Assembly (NCBI RefSeq): GCF_006345805.1
Contig: NC_043014.1
Coordinates: 22,010,001-22,074,000, forward strand
Direction: 5' to 3'
DNA from: Octopus sinensis
Taxonomy: Eukaryota
Length of the DNA: 64,000 nt
Every line of letters starts with the position of its first letter. Positions within the stretch are counted from its first letter, which is position 1. Both the position numbers and the translations under genes were made by a program. This document shows, in pieces, positions 52,762 through 64,000 of the stretch. Below the pieces are notes generated by a model. That model did not search any database and was not told the DNA's origin. It saw only the letters and a list, made by a program, of their open reading frames with translations.

Positions 52762-52994
52762 AAGGCGGCGAGCTGGCTGAAACGTTAGCACGCCAGGCGA
52801 AATGCGTAGCCGTATTTCGTCTGCCGTTACGTTCTGAGTTCAAATTCCGCCGAGGTCGACTTTGCCTTTCATCCTTTCGGGTTCGATAAATTAAGTACCA
52901 GTTACGCACCGGGGTCGATATAATCGACTTAATCCGTTTGTCTGTCCTTGTTTATCCTCTCTGTGTTTAGCCCCTTGTGGGTAGTAAAGAAACA
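52762..52994 (+). mobile_element. SINE family A, full length, tail type 1 (Tx1-like)
   Basis: Full head and core; ends CTCTGTGTTTAGCCCCTTGTGGGTAGTAAAGAAACA. Confidence 0.92.
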
Positions 52995-53022
52995 GGTATA
53001 TTCATACATACACCAACCTTCC

Positions 53023-53189
53023 TATGTATGTATGTATGTATGTATGTATGTATGTATGTATGTATGTATGTATGTATGTATGTATGTATGTATGTATGTA
53101 TGTATGTATGTATGTATGTATGTATGTATGTATTCATGTGTGATAGATAAACAGGAAGATCTCTCTCTCCCTGAAGATATGTGTATGTG

Positions 53190-53266
<77 letters not shown>

Positions 53267-53320
53267 GTCTATCTATCTCTGTCTGTTTGTATATCTGTCT
53301 GTCTCTCTATCTATCTACCT
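53023..53320. repeat. (TATG)n and (TATC)n microsatellites; the TATC array is unoccupied by Tx1
   Basis: Directly visible. Confidence 0.93.
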
Positions 53321-53931
53321 ATGTGTGTGTGTGTGTGTGTATGAATGTGTATATGTATACACACACACACACACATACACATACATACGTATGTATGTAT
53401 TTATATAATAATATGTGTGTTTGTGCGTGTGTGTGTGTGTGTGTATGTGTGAGTGTGTGTGTGTATTTGTGTGGAGCCGGGCGCTGGATATGTCACCACG
53501 GTTACCAGTGTTTGTGGGCGTCTGGTGTCATTGAAACACATCTCACAAATACTTATTTCCAAACACACACACACACACCACACACACACACACACACACC
53601 ACACACACACACACACTCACACACACACTCACACAATCATTTCGACAAACACATACACAAAACGGTAAGCCATGACTTTATATGGTTGTAAACCAAGCTA
53701 GCAGCATCTATAAGGGGCGTACATATAATTAATACAGATTAATATACACACACATATAGAAATATATACACACATGTATAATATAATATATACACACATG
53801 TATAATATAATATATACACACATATATAATACACACACACATACACACATACACCAGGGTACACACATACGTTGTTAAAAATGTTTCTATATGCATAAAA
53901 ACAACGAACATTCACTGATTATTATTATATT

Positions 53932-53979
53932 AATAGTGACTTCGAAGTTTCGCCGGGTATATGGCTTTTTCAGAGTATT
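53932..53979 (-). ncRNA. Degenerate minimal hammerhead motif
   Basis: Minus strand: AATACT-CTGAAAA-A-GCC(ATATACCC)GGC-GAAA-C(TTCGAA)G-TC-ACTATT; G8-to-A core change and one stem I mismatch. Confidence 0.5.
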
Positions 53980-54043
53980 TGAACATATGCTCCAATAGCT
54001 ACATATACACATCCTCATATATATATATATATATATATAATAT

Positions 54044-54097
<54 letters not shown>

Positions 54098-55966
54098 GTA
54101 TATGTACATTTACATCCACATACGCATATATACAAGCATATGTACATAGCTATACACACTCATACAAATATACAAAAGTATTCCTAGATAAAAACATAAA
54201 GTTACACACATACAAGTCCATGAAGACGTACGTACACTAAATCCCGTGTACAAGATATCAATGCATGGCTAAAAAATATTATCAGGTGGCTTTTGGTTTG
54301 CCAGAGCGTTATGCGGCGGGTGATGACGGAGGAACAGGCCCTATAATTTAACAACACACCCGTAATGTATTATCATTCGGTTGATAATAGAAAGGGGATG
54401 CGGTGTGGTTTTATCAATTTGGAAGTTTGAAATATTTTACAACGTAGTAGTCAGAGTTTTTTGTTTTAATCTACGCATAAATATTTAATTGCCTGTGTAT
54501 ATAAATGTACAAATATGTATTTTTGTATATGTATGCGTGCATGTATGTATGTATGTATGTATGTATGTATGTATGTATGTATGTATGTATGTATGTATGT
54601 ATGTATGTATGTATGTATGTATCTATCTGCGTACCAATATATATTTGCGTATGTGTGTGTGTGTGAGAGAGAGTATGCACATATCTCTATGCATATATCT
54701 ATCTATTCACACACACACACATACAAATACATATACATACCTGTGCGTGATGTGTGTGTGTTCATGATATCCCCTTTCATATATTTCTGAATGTAATGTC
54801 TGTTTACATAAAGTAGAATCCTTTTACATTTACGTGCAACAAATAAATGAATATACTCTACTACATGTACTGAATACTTTTTCTCTTGTTGGTACTGCCA
54901 AACACACACACATACATACACACATACACAAACAAATACACACTCAAAGACTCAGACACATATGCATCCCTCGACTGATATGCAATCATTGGTATCCTTT
55001 AATGGGGGATTAATCGCATCGAACGACCATATGAGTAACATACACCAACATACATATTCTTTTCTTTTACTGGTTTCAGCTAGGGACTGTGCCCGTGCTG
55101 GAGCACCAAGATACATACATACATACATACATACATACATACATACTTGGTCGCAGTCTAATGACTGAAAATGAAAGTAAAGGATAACGTACATACATAT
55201 ACACAAACACATATGTATGTGTGTGTGTATGCTATGCGCATTCAAATATTTTTTAATGTAATGTCTGTTTATATAAAACAGAAATATTTTACATTTACAT
55301 GCAACGAATAAATGAATACACTCTACTTCATGTAAAAGTGTGTGTGTGTATGTGTGTGTGTGTGCGCGCGCACGCGCGAGTGCGTGCGGATAAATGAATG
55401 AATGAATGAATGGATGGATGAATGAATGGTTATTTCTATCTTCATGGCTGAGGGTTGGGCGCCTCAGACGCAACTGCCCTGTTTTTCGCCACACACTGTC
55501 GGCCATTCGTCAGGTCTTTATCCTCCCTTCAAAATGGTCAGGGTTCGGTGGACCACGAATTCTTATCCGATCCCATTCGCTACAGGGCTTGATTCTGTTA
55601 GCGTTCGCCCCTTCTCTGTCACTTAAAACCCGGTGAGGATTTGTATGTTCGTGGCTGTCCTTTTTTGTCTGGCTGTCTTCCAAAGTTGCTGAGTACTCCT
55701 TCCCAACGAAATACCTCCAGCGTAGCTGTGGACACAATCTCACCGACGTATGCCTCATATCATTTGGTCTTTCAGCACGCCGAACACTAACCCGAAATCT
55801 CTAAATCCTCAATCCATTGTTAGACAGTCGTTAGACCCTATACTAGGATTATCCGTTCCTTTGAAGAATATATGTAGAAAGTGTCTATTATATAAACAGA
55901 TATATTTCATGTATATCTCTGAATGTGATGTGCGTAGCATAAAAGATTATTACACATGCACTCTCG

Positions 55967-56008
<42 letters not shown>

Positions 56009-56335
56009 GCATACACATACGCGCGCACACACACACGCAATTATATGTAGTTTTCGTCCTGTCGGGTTTCTAGAGACCATCACCACCTAGTAAACTTTTG
56101 GGGAGCCAGCTTAGTCGTGGACGATCAAACCATGCGACAGGTTTCACCGTGTTACATGTTCCAAGCAGCACAGGAATACATGTTTTGTGTGTGTGTGTAT
56201 GTATGTATGTATGTATGTATGTATGTATGTATGTATGTATGTATGTATGTATGTATGTATGTACGTATGTATGTATGTATGCGCATGTATATATATATAT
56301 ACATATGTATTTATGTATGTATTTATGTATATATG

Positions 56336-56367
<32 letters not shown>

Positions 56368-56495
56368 TAGATACATACACATGTATTTATGTATGTATGT
56401 ATATATATATATATATATTTATACATATACATATGTATTTATGCATGTATGTATATATGTATATATTTATACATATACATATGTATTTATGCATG

Positions 56496-56544
<49 letters not shown>

Positions 56545-56578
56545 GTATAGATACATATACATACGTATTATGTATGTA

Positions 56579-56623
<45 letters not shown>

Positions 56624-56649
56624 CATACGTATTTATGCATGTATGTGTA

Positions 56650-56683
<34 letters not shown>

Positions 56684-56757
56684 ATAGATACATATACATA
56701 TATATATATATATATGTATGTGTATAGATACATATACATATGTATTTATGTGTATAT

Positions 56758-56807
<50 letters not shown>

Positions 56808-57574
56808 CATTATGTATGTATATGTGAGTAAATACGTGTGTCGAATATCGGAAACACGAAACTCTAGGTAACAGTGAGATTTCCCCAAACAATAAATATG
56901 GCACTCCCCTCCCCGCCACAACAAAATAAAGAAATAAACAAAAGCGAAACCAGCCACAATGCGCATCGAGTAAATCTTTATGCTACAACCTACACATCAC
57001 GCGCGCGCGCACACACATCTAACACACGCGCGCGCATTCATGCATTTACTAATATTAACACGTGGACGATTCACAAACGTGAAACTGATTCTACAAAACA
57101 CCTGTAATTTGAACGGATTCGACTGTCTAGAATTTTCTACCTTTCCATCCATCATCCACCGTCAACACCACCACCACCACCACAAATTTCACCCCTACAA
57201 TTCAATACTTTCTCCCTCCTCTCTTTACTTCCCATGTGTGTGCGTATACATACATACATACATACAAACATATATATACATACACATATACACACATACA
57301 CACAGAGATATATTTATGTATGTGCGTTCGCGCGTGTGTTGTAGTTGTATTTGGAAACCATTCTGAACTAATTGTCTCTTCACACAGCTCCATTACATTG
57401 GATCACAGCCATGCTTCTTCCTCGTAACACAACCTCTCTCTCTTTCTGTCTCTGGCAACAAAAGATCCATTGAAGAAGATAGGCAACAAGTGAGAAGAGG
57501 GGAGAGACAGAGAGAAAAAAAGACAGAACGAAGTTATAGTCATTCATTCATATATATAATATATATATATATAT

Positions 57575-57631
<57 letters not shown>

Positions 57632-57636
57632 GATAT

Positions 57637-57687
<51 letters not shown>

Positions 57688-57873
57688 TTACATACATAAA
57701 CATTTCATACACATGCGTAAATACACACATATATTAGTTTATGAGTGTGTGAGTATATGTGTGTTGTTTCCCATTCAGATTTTCGATTGATTTATCATCA
57801 TCATTTGCCATTTCCAGCAAGCACACTCAGTCATACGCGCACGCGCACATACACAGACACTCACGCGCACGCA

Positions 57874-57913
<40 letters not shown>

Positions 57914-58238
57914 ACACACACACACAACACACACACAAACTGTTGATTTTTGTCTCCACAACGGATTCTTCTTTACATTCCTCATTCTTTCCGACTCATC
58001 CTCTCTTCCATCCTTCTTTCTATCAATCCAGCCATCAATGGCCACAAGGAACTGATGTTTGGCATCGAAATGATAAGTCTCCATTTAACCATTCAGTTGT
58101 CTATCAACTTGGTAATCACTCTCTCTCTCTCCCCCTCTCTTTTTCTATCTCCCTCTCTCTCTCTTTATTTCTCTCACTCGCTCTCTTTCCATATGTACTT
58201 AAAGACACACACATGGATTTATATATACATTTATACAA

Positions 58239-58319
<81 letters not shown>

Positions 58320-58641
58320 GCATATATATATACATTCATATACATATGTATTTGTATATATGTACATATATATTACATACCTCCACATACGTGTTCGTTT
58401 CTCTTTCTCTTTCTCTCTCTCTGTGGTATTGTAGAGGATACACACACACACACACATACACACACACATACAAACACAAACACACAAATACACACACATA
58501 TTACCATTAAGCTGAAATTTCCAGAACAATAGTTAATCTATCATACACCTACACACATCTGTAGAGATCTTTGTCAACAGACAACCCACACATATTTCTT
58601 TCATAGATCCATACTAACAAACTAAGGACGAGTCCATTCAC

Positions 58642-58760
58642 CTCAGTCTACTTCTCTTCTCGTCTTTTGCGTGTTTCATTTGCTGCACAGCGAAAACGGC
58701 TTTAATTCTTCTATAAATATTTCTCTTCAGAAAAACATTTTCGACGCCTAAATTTAGTAA
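58642..58760 (-). other. Candidate isolated host exon
   Basis: Minus strand TTTTAAAATTCAG|119 nt, open frame LLNLGVENVFLKRNIYRRIKAVFAVQQMKHAKDEKRSRL|GTGAAT; no recognised homology. Confidence 0.25.
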
Positions 58761-59500
58761 CTGAATTTTAAAACATGCACATACAACACAACACAACAAC
58801 AAGCAGCCAGGTATATAGACATGCAATTTCTTTTCACATGTTCGCGGTTTATAAGCAAATCCTAGAGTCGGGTGTAGATGTTGATTCATCGTTTGGTTAG
58901 ACAGATACAGTATATAGATTTCCACGAGATAGAGAAACAAGTGTGTAGCTGTTAACTGAATAGATAAACTCAGTATGAACATGTTCTCTTGAAAAATAGA
59001 CACAGTAATGTAGATAGACTTTCTGTACAATGTTGATTAAATACCTTGATAAAGAGTTTAAATTTTAACCGATTATTTGTAGATGTTGCTTTATGTGTAG
59101 GTTGTACATAGGTGTTGACTGTATGGTTAGACAGAGTGCGCAGATTGTCACTGGATACGGACCGTAGCTCTTAACATGTGTAGATGATAATTGGGGAGAT
59201 GATCGACATAGTGTGTTGTTGGTAACTGTATAAATTGACAGATCCAGTGTATAGCTGGCGAGTGGAAAAGGAGATACAGTGCGTAGTTATTGGCTGAAAA
59301 GATAGACACAATTTATAGATGTTGATTGTATCGAAAAACAAAGCCAGATCACAATTTTGTAGACTATTGGGCAAGAAGCAGTGTGAAGCAAGATGTGACT
59401 TTGTCTTTGAAGGCGCTTGTGTTAGCAGAGGCCCCGAGGCTCCAGCGCCTAAAGCCCATGCCTTAATCCAGCACAGGATAGACACAGTGTGTATGTAGAT

Positions 59501-59646
59501 CAGGCATGGGCAACCTTTTTCGAGAAGCAAACCAAATGAAACATGACTCATCATCAGGCGGACTGCACTACTAAAAGCATTCAAAGTAATTTTTCGTTAG
59601 GCATGCTAATCAGAAAGTCTCGCAGGCCGCATTTTGCCCATGACTG
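59501..59646. mobile_element. hAT (Charlie-like) MITE
   Basis: TIRs CAGGCATGGGCAA / TTGCCCATGACTG; degenerate 8-bp flanks ATGTAGAT / CTGTAAGT. Confidence 0.7.
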
Positions 59647-60269
59647 CTGTAAGTGTTGACTGTATACATAAGCAGAGTACACAAAGTGAGTAGGTATTGA
59701 TGTTATACAAAGTGCGTATATATTAAAAGTTTTGGGAGAAGATAGTTTCTGTTGTTTCTCATCCAAAATGACTTTGTCAGAATAAACCTATGATTCAAAG
59801 GCATTCAAGTGGTACAAATACCAAAAGAGGAAACGCAACATTTAGAATGCAGTTTTGGTACCAATTAACGTTTCTTGTAAATTAGTGCTTCTACTGGAGC
59901 CTTAGGTGTGTTTTATGACTTTATTTGTCGCAATGCTTAATGAAAAGGGAGAAAGAATTGTAGTATCCCAGAAGACCCACCTCAGTGGTGTAACGTGGGA
60001 TATGCTGTGTGTGCGGGGTTTGCAAAGTGTGTGAACCATACAAAGAACCCCTTTATATACATGTGTTTGCTTTATTCGAAGGAACATTACGTTTGAGTGG
60101 AGGTGGTCAATTTGATTACCTTATAAAGCGGCCAAATCTCATACTACGCCATTAATCCACCTCGTATCAACTTCACTGTTCGTTATATTACAAACTTCAG
60201 TCGGTAGATGTCGGTAGATGCTTTCATTCTGAGGGTTGCTGTGCATGAGCAGGACAGCATTGCTGTTGT

Positions 60270-60900
60270 AGCTAAGCCGCGAGCAGCTCAGTTCTGCTGT
60301 TAATAATACGTGATTTGTTCATACTAATGATGATGGCTTCTTTTATTCTTAAGTTCCCAATGTTTCGTTCTGTGGCGTCAATGGAAACCTGAATATCGGA
60401 AATGATATTTTCGTAGTGTTTTCTGATGGAACACACATTAGCGTTGAAGTGTTCTTTAACCCGTTTGTGTATTTATCTGACAGTACGGCCGATGTAAGAT
60501 TCATTACATTTACTATATGTTATTTTATAGGAGAGAAGGCCGGAAAGTGCCGGTCGCATATTCAGTCCCCATTCCACAGACTACACGGCAGATTGCAGCA
60601 GTTATTGTCTCGTTAAAATGTGACAGTTTAAAAAAACACGTTATTTTTTAATGTGGGGTTTTGTTAGGATGGTTAATGATTCCTGGTATTCTCAATAGAG
60701 GTTTATCGGAATTGCATGGTTTGGGTTTTTGCGTCATTTGCTTCGCTGCCTTTCGTGCGTATTCTATGGATCTCATATCTTATATAGGTCGTCTTAGTTC
60801 TGATGAATAGGGATGAATTATAATGCACAAATAGGCCCTTTAATGCCACTTTTCTGTGACAGTTAGTAGAGATAGACACCTTCTCTGTGGTTTTGTGTTC
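60270..60900 (-). mobile_element. Decayed Penelope-like element remnant
   Basis: Minus-strand translation: TNCHRKVALKGLFVHYNSS..TKTTYIRYEIHRI (thumb-like) and LRIKEAIII..IINSRTEL (GIY-YIG C-terminus). Confidence 0.6.
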
Positions 60901-61710
60901 AAAATGAAACAGACAAGGAACTGGTCTTACTGGGGCATTCCACTTCAAATGGATCACTAAAAAAGCAGGGTGCTGAATACCTGTCGTTGCAGCAGTTTTC
61001 CAGGTCTGTAGGTGACATCATTACATTAACAGTCTCCCGCGAGGAGGCCATTAAAACACACCATATATTCAATAACATTGATGAACACGTGAAATTTGGA
61101 GAGTGAGTGAGGTAATGCAGGTGGGGGTAGATTACAGGAATGGGAAGAGATTTCATGGTAGGGTTCAACGGTAGGAGGACAAAGAATAGTGAAAGTAAAG
61201 GTGGACAGATGCAAGTATTTCGAGAGATAGGGGAGAAAATGGTAGGAAGTGTTGTGAATAAAGTGAGAGGCTGACAGAAAAGTGTAGAAGAAATAAGGAG
61301 AGTATATAAATGGGGGATAGGAAGTTCAGGGTGTGGAGAGAGTAGGTCCCAGAGGAGTATAGAAGGTGGTGTATAGAATGGTGTATAAAGGAGGGTGGTG
61401 TATAGAACGAGAATGGGAGAGTTGTAGAAAATGGTGAGAGCGAGTGACAAAAGAGTGTTGGAAGAATGTCGAAGAGGGTGGTGTACAGAGACTGAGAGAA
61501 AGGTGAAGTAAATATAGAGAGAGAACACAAGAGAAGTATAGAAGAGAAGAGAGGTTGGTGTATGCTTAAAAAGAATAACAGAGGGAGATGAAATGTAGAA
61601 AGTGAATGGGCGCAAGAGCTTACGTTAAAGATTCCGGTGACCAAAATAGCTATGCAGACACTCTAAGGTGTGAATATTTTTACGTTCGAAAAATTTCAAT
61701 CATCAACTAC

Positions 61711-61877
61711 TAGGCGTAGGAGTGGCTGTGTGGCAAGTAGCTTGCTTATGAACCACATGGTTCCGGGATCAGTCCCACTGCGGGGCACCTTGGGCAAGTG
61801 TCTTCTACTACAGCCTCGGGCCGACCAAAGCCTTGTGTGTGGATTTGGTAGACGGAAACTGAAAGAAGCCCGTCGTA

Positions 61878-61949
<72 letters not shown>

Positions 61950-62164
61950 GTGTGTGTGTGTTTGTGTGTCTATGTTTGTTCCCCCAACTTCTCTTGACAA
62001 CCGATGCCGGTATTTTTACGTCCCCGTAACTTAGCGGCTCGGCAAAAGACACCCGACAGAATAAGTACTAGGCTTACAAAGAATAAGTCCTGGGGTCGAT
62101 TTGCTCGACTAAAAGGCGGTGCTCCACCATGGCCACAGTCAAATGACTGAAACAAGTAAAAGAG
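61711..62164 (+). mobile_element. SINE family B, full length
   Basis: A-box-like TGGCTGTGTGG, B-box-like GGATCAGTCCC, internal TA/TG microsatellite; tail ..GACTGAAACAAGTAAAAGAG. Confidence 0.9.
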
Positions 62165-62429
62165 TACTGTTGGTATTGCTATTGTTTCAATATAGGGCTG
62201 TTGTAGCTGTTTTGCTGTGTTGGTTAATAGTTATCTTTGTTATAATTGTCGCTACTTTCTGTTAGTTTTAACTGTAACATCAATATATATATATATATAT
62301 ATATATCATGTATGCATGCATGCATCCATCTACAAATATGTAAACTTTACAAGGCCATTATTTGAATTGTCTGATCCGGGAATTATTTTCCCTGACCTGA
62401 CCATGCTTCACCGAGGTGTTCTATTGGCT

Positions 62430-62630
62430 TCAAATTCTGGCACAAAGCCAGCAATTTCAAGGAAGTGGGTAAATCGATTTCATCACTCCCTGACAATTAT
62501 TTTATCGACTTCCGAAACGATGAAAAGTATAGTCGACCTTGGTTGAATTTGAACTCTGAACGTAAGGACGGGCAAAATGCCGCTAAGCATTCTGCCTGCC
62601 ATGTTAACGATTCTGCCTGTTCACCACCTT
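62430..62630 (-). mobile_element. SINE family A, diverged
   Basis: AGTCGACCTTGG..GAATTTGAACTCTGAACGTAA..CCGCTAAGCAT. Confidence 0.65.
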
Positions 62631-62709
62631 AAACCAAAGAGTTCTATTAAGATCAGAACATGTCTGAAGATCTCACCTTCGCTGCCAGCGATCAGACTCA
62701 TTCCCTCAT

Positions 62710-62868
62710 TTATTCTTTTATTCTTTTACTTGTTTTAGTCATTTGACTGTGGCCATGCTGGAGCACCGTCTTTAGTCGAGCAAATCGACCCCAGGACTTA
62801 TTCTTTGTAAGCCTATTACTTATTCTATCGAGTGTCTTTTGCCGAATCGCTAAGTTACGGGGACGTAA
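62710..62868 (-). mobile_element. SINE family B 3' half
   Basis: Reverse complement of ~62015-62164. Confidence 0.88.
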
Positions 62869-63319
62869 ACGTATATCTCCATTCAATTTTTCATGTGTCC
62901 TCTTCTTTTCCCCTTTGGAGAATAATTTCACTAATGCAAATGACGTTTTTCTCATTACGTTTATAATATCACTCAAAAATTATTTTCGTCTTCTTTAAGT
63001 GTTGCAGTCTGCATACAACAACAACAACAACAACAACAACAGCAGCAGCAGCAACAGCAGTACACACATACATATCAGAAAGAGATGGGGAAGAAACGGG
63101 CAGACTAGTTCAGCATAAGGCTTTCCCCACTCTTTCCCCACTTCACACATACACAGACTACATGTCAATGTCCCAAAGAGCATTGCCATTACATTTTCCA
63201 TGTATGACCGTCTTAAAAGTGTCTACAGACAGAGGAAGCCTGAATCAGACGCCTACCCAAATAGACCTAAGTCTTGGGTGGCCTGACCACTCTGAGCTAG
63301 TGAGATGGAACAACACTAG

Positions 63320-63500
63320 TGTTAGTAGCAGCAGCAGTAGTAGTAGTAATAGTAGTAGTAGTTGTAGTAGTAGTAGTAGCAGTAGTATTAGTAGTGGTGG
63401 TGATGGTAGTAGTAGTGGTCGTAGTGGTGATGATGGTGGCTGTAGTGATTGTGGTGGTAGTAATAGTAGTGGTGGTGGTGGTGGGGCAGCGGTGTAGTCA
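63320..63500. repeat. Degenerate (TAG/TGG/CAG)n trinucleotide tract
   Basis: Directly visible. Confidence 0.9.
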
Positions 63501-64000
63501 TGGTGCTAGTGAAGATAAAGAAGTTGGTAATGATGGACATGTGTGTAGGCATCATCAGGTTCGGGATGATGATGAAGTTGATTGTAGTTGCAGCGATGGT
63601 GTAAGTGGCATTTGTGTTTCTCAAGTTAAAAGCTGGACAAATAACCTCTTCAGTTACCTTTTCCTCTCCTCATTATCTTCATATCGTCAAATATGACACG
63701 GTATTCCTCACACCGGATTCTTTCCTCCTCGTTCTACCCCGCTAACTCTAACCATAATCCTAACTTTAATCCCCCCCACCCCCGACTCCACTCTCTTTCC
63801 CTTAACTCTCTCTCCTTTCACTTACCCCTCCCCTTCCTCTTACTCCACTCCCCTTTTCCCTAACCCACTCTCCTTCCGGTAACCCTAGCCACTTCCCTCT
63901 CACACCACCCTACTTCTACTTGATCCAAAATTCTGTCCCCATTCTCCTTCCGCCATCTTACGCTTCTTTCTTTACTCTTCTTACACCCCCACACTCCCCT

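Noticed and set aside
60170-60215. Hammerhead downstream of the 60-kb PLE remnant (minus strand CCGA-CTGAAG..GAAC)
   Set aside because: Core and stems too degenerate to support.
60899-61644. 238-aa and 159-aa minus-strand ORFs
   Set aside because: They arise from a low-complexity purine-rich tract; no recognisable domain.

Overview
AT-rich, microsatellite-dense eukaryotic non-coding DNA with no confidently identifiable host gene. The tRNA-type SINEs, TTAGGG-type repeats and the Tx1/RTE/Dong/Penelope mix resemble an octopus (cephalopod) genome; this is an inference from memory, not a database result. (1) The main feature is a Tx1-clade (L1 group) non-LTR retrotransposon that sits exclusively in (TATC)n/(GATA)n microsatellites. 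Six copies form a head-to-tail array at 1-12.4 kb, including one full-length 5.9-kb copy with ORF1 (CCHC knuckle) and ORF2 (APE-RT-CCHC), and a seventh lies at 37-39 kb. All seven have the same orientation relative to the repeat and none has a poly(A) tail. (2) One SINE subfamily carries a 3' tail that matches the 3' end of this Tx1, suggesting a SINE/LINE partnership. (3) A set of Penelope-like elements and derivatives carries at least seven minimal type I hammerhead ribozyme motifs. These include a textbook-intact one (47080-47170), a U3-A8 core variant duplicated in inverted pseudo-LTRs, and one whose two halves lie on opposite strands across a 32-bp perfect inverted repeat. Also present are a near full-length GC-rich RTE LINE, Dong/R4 fragments at (TAA)n, a decayed hAT transposase, a Helentron-type non-autonomous element, a hAT MITE, an element with internal telomere-like repeats and many simple repeats. 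Most ORFs in the supplied track beyond these elements are microsatellite artefacts.
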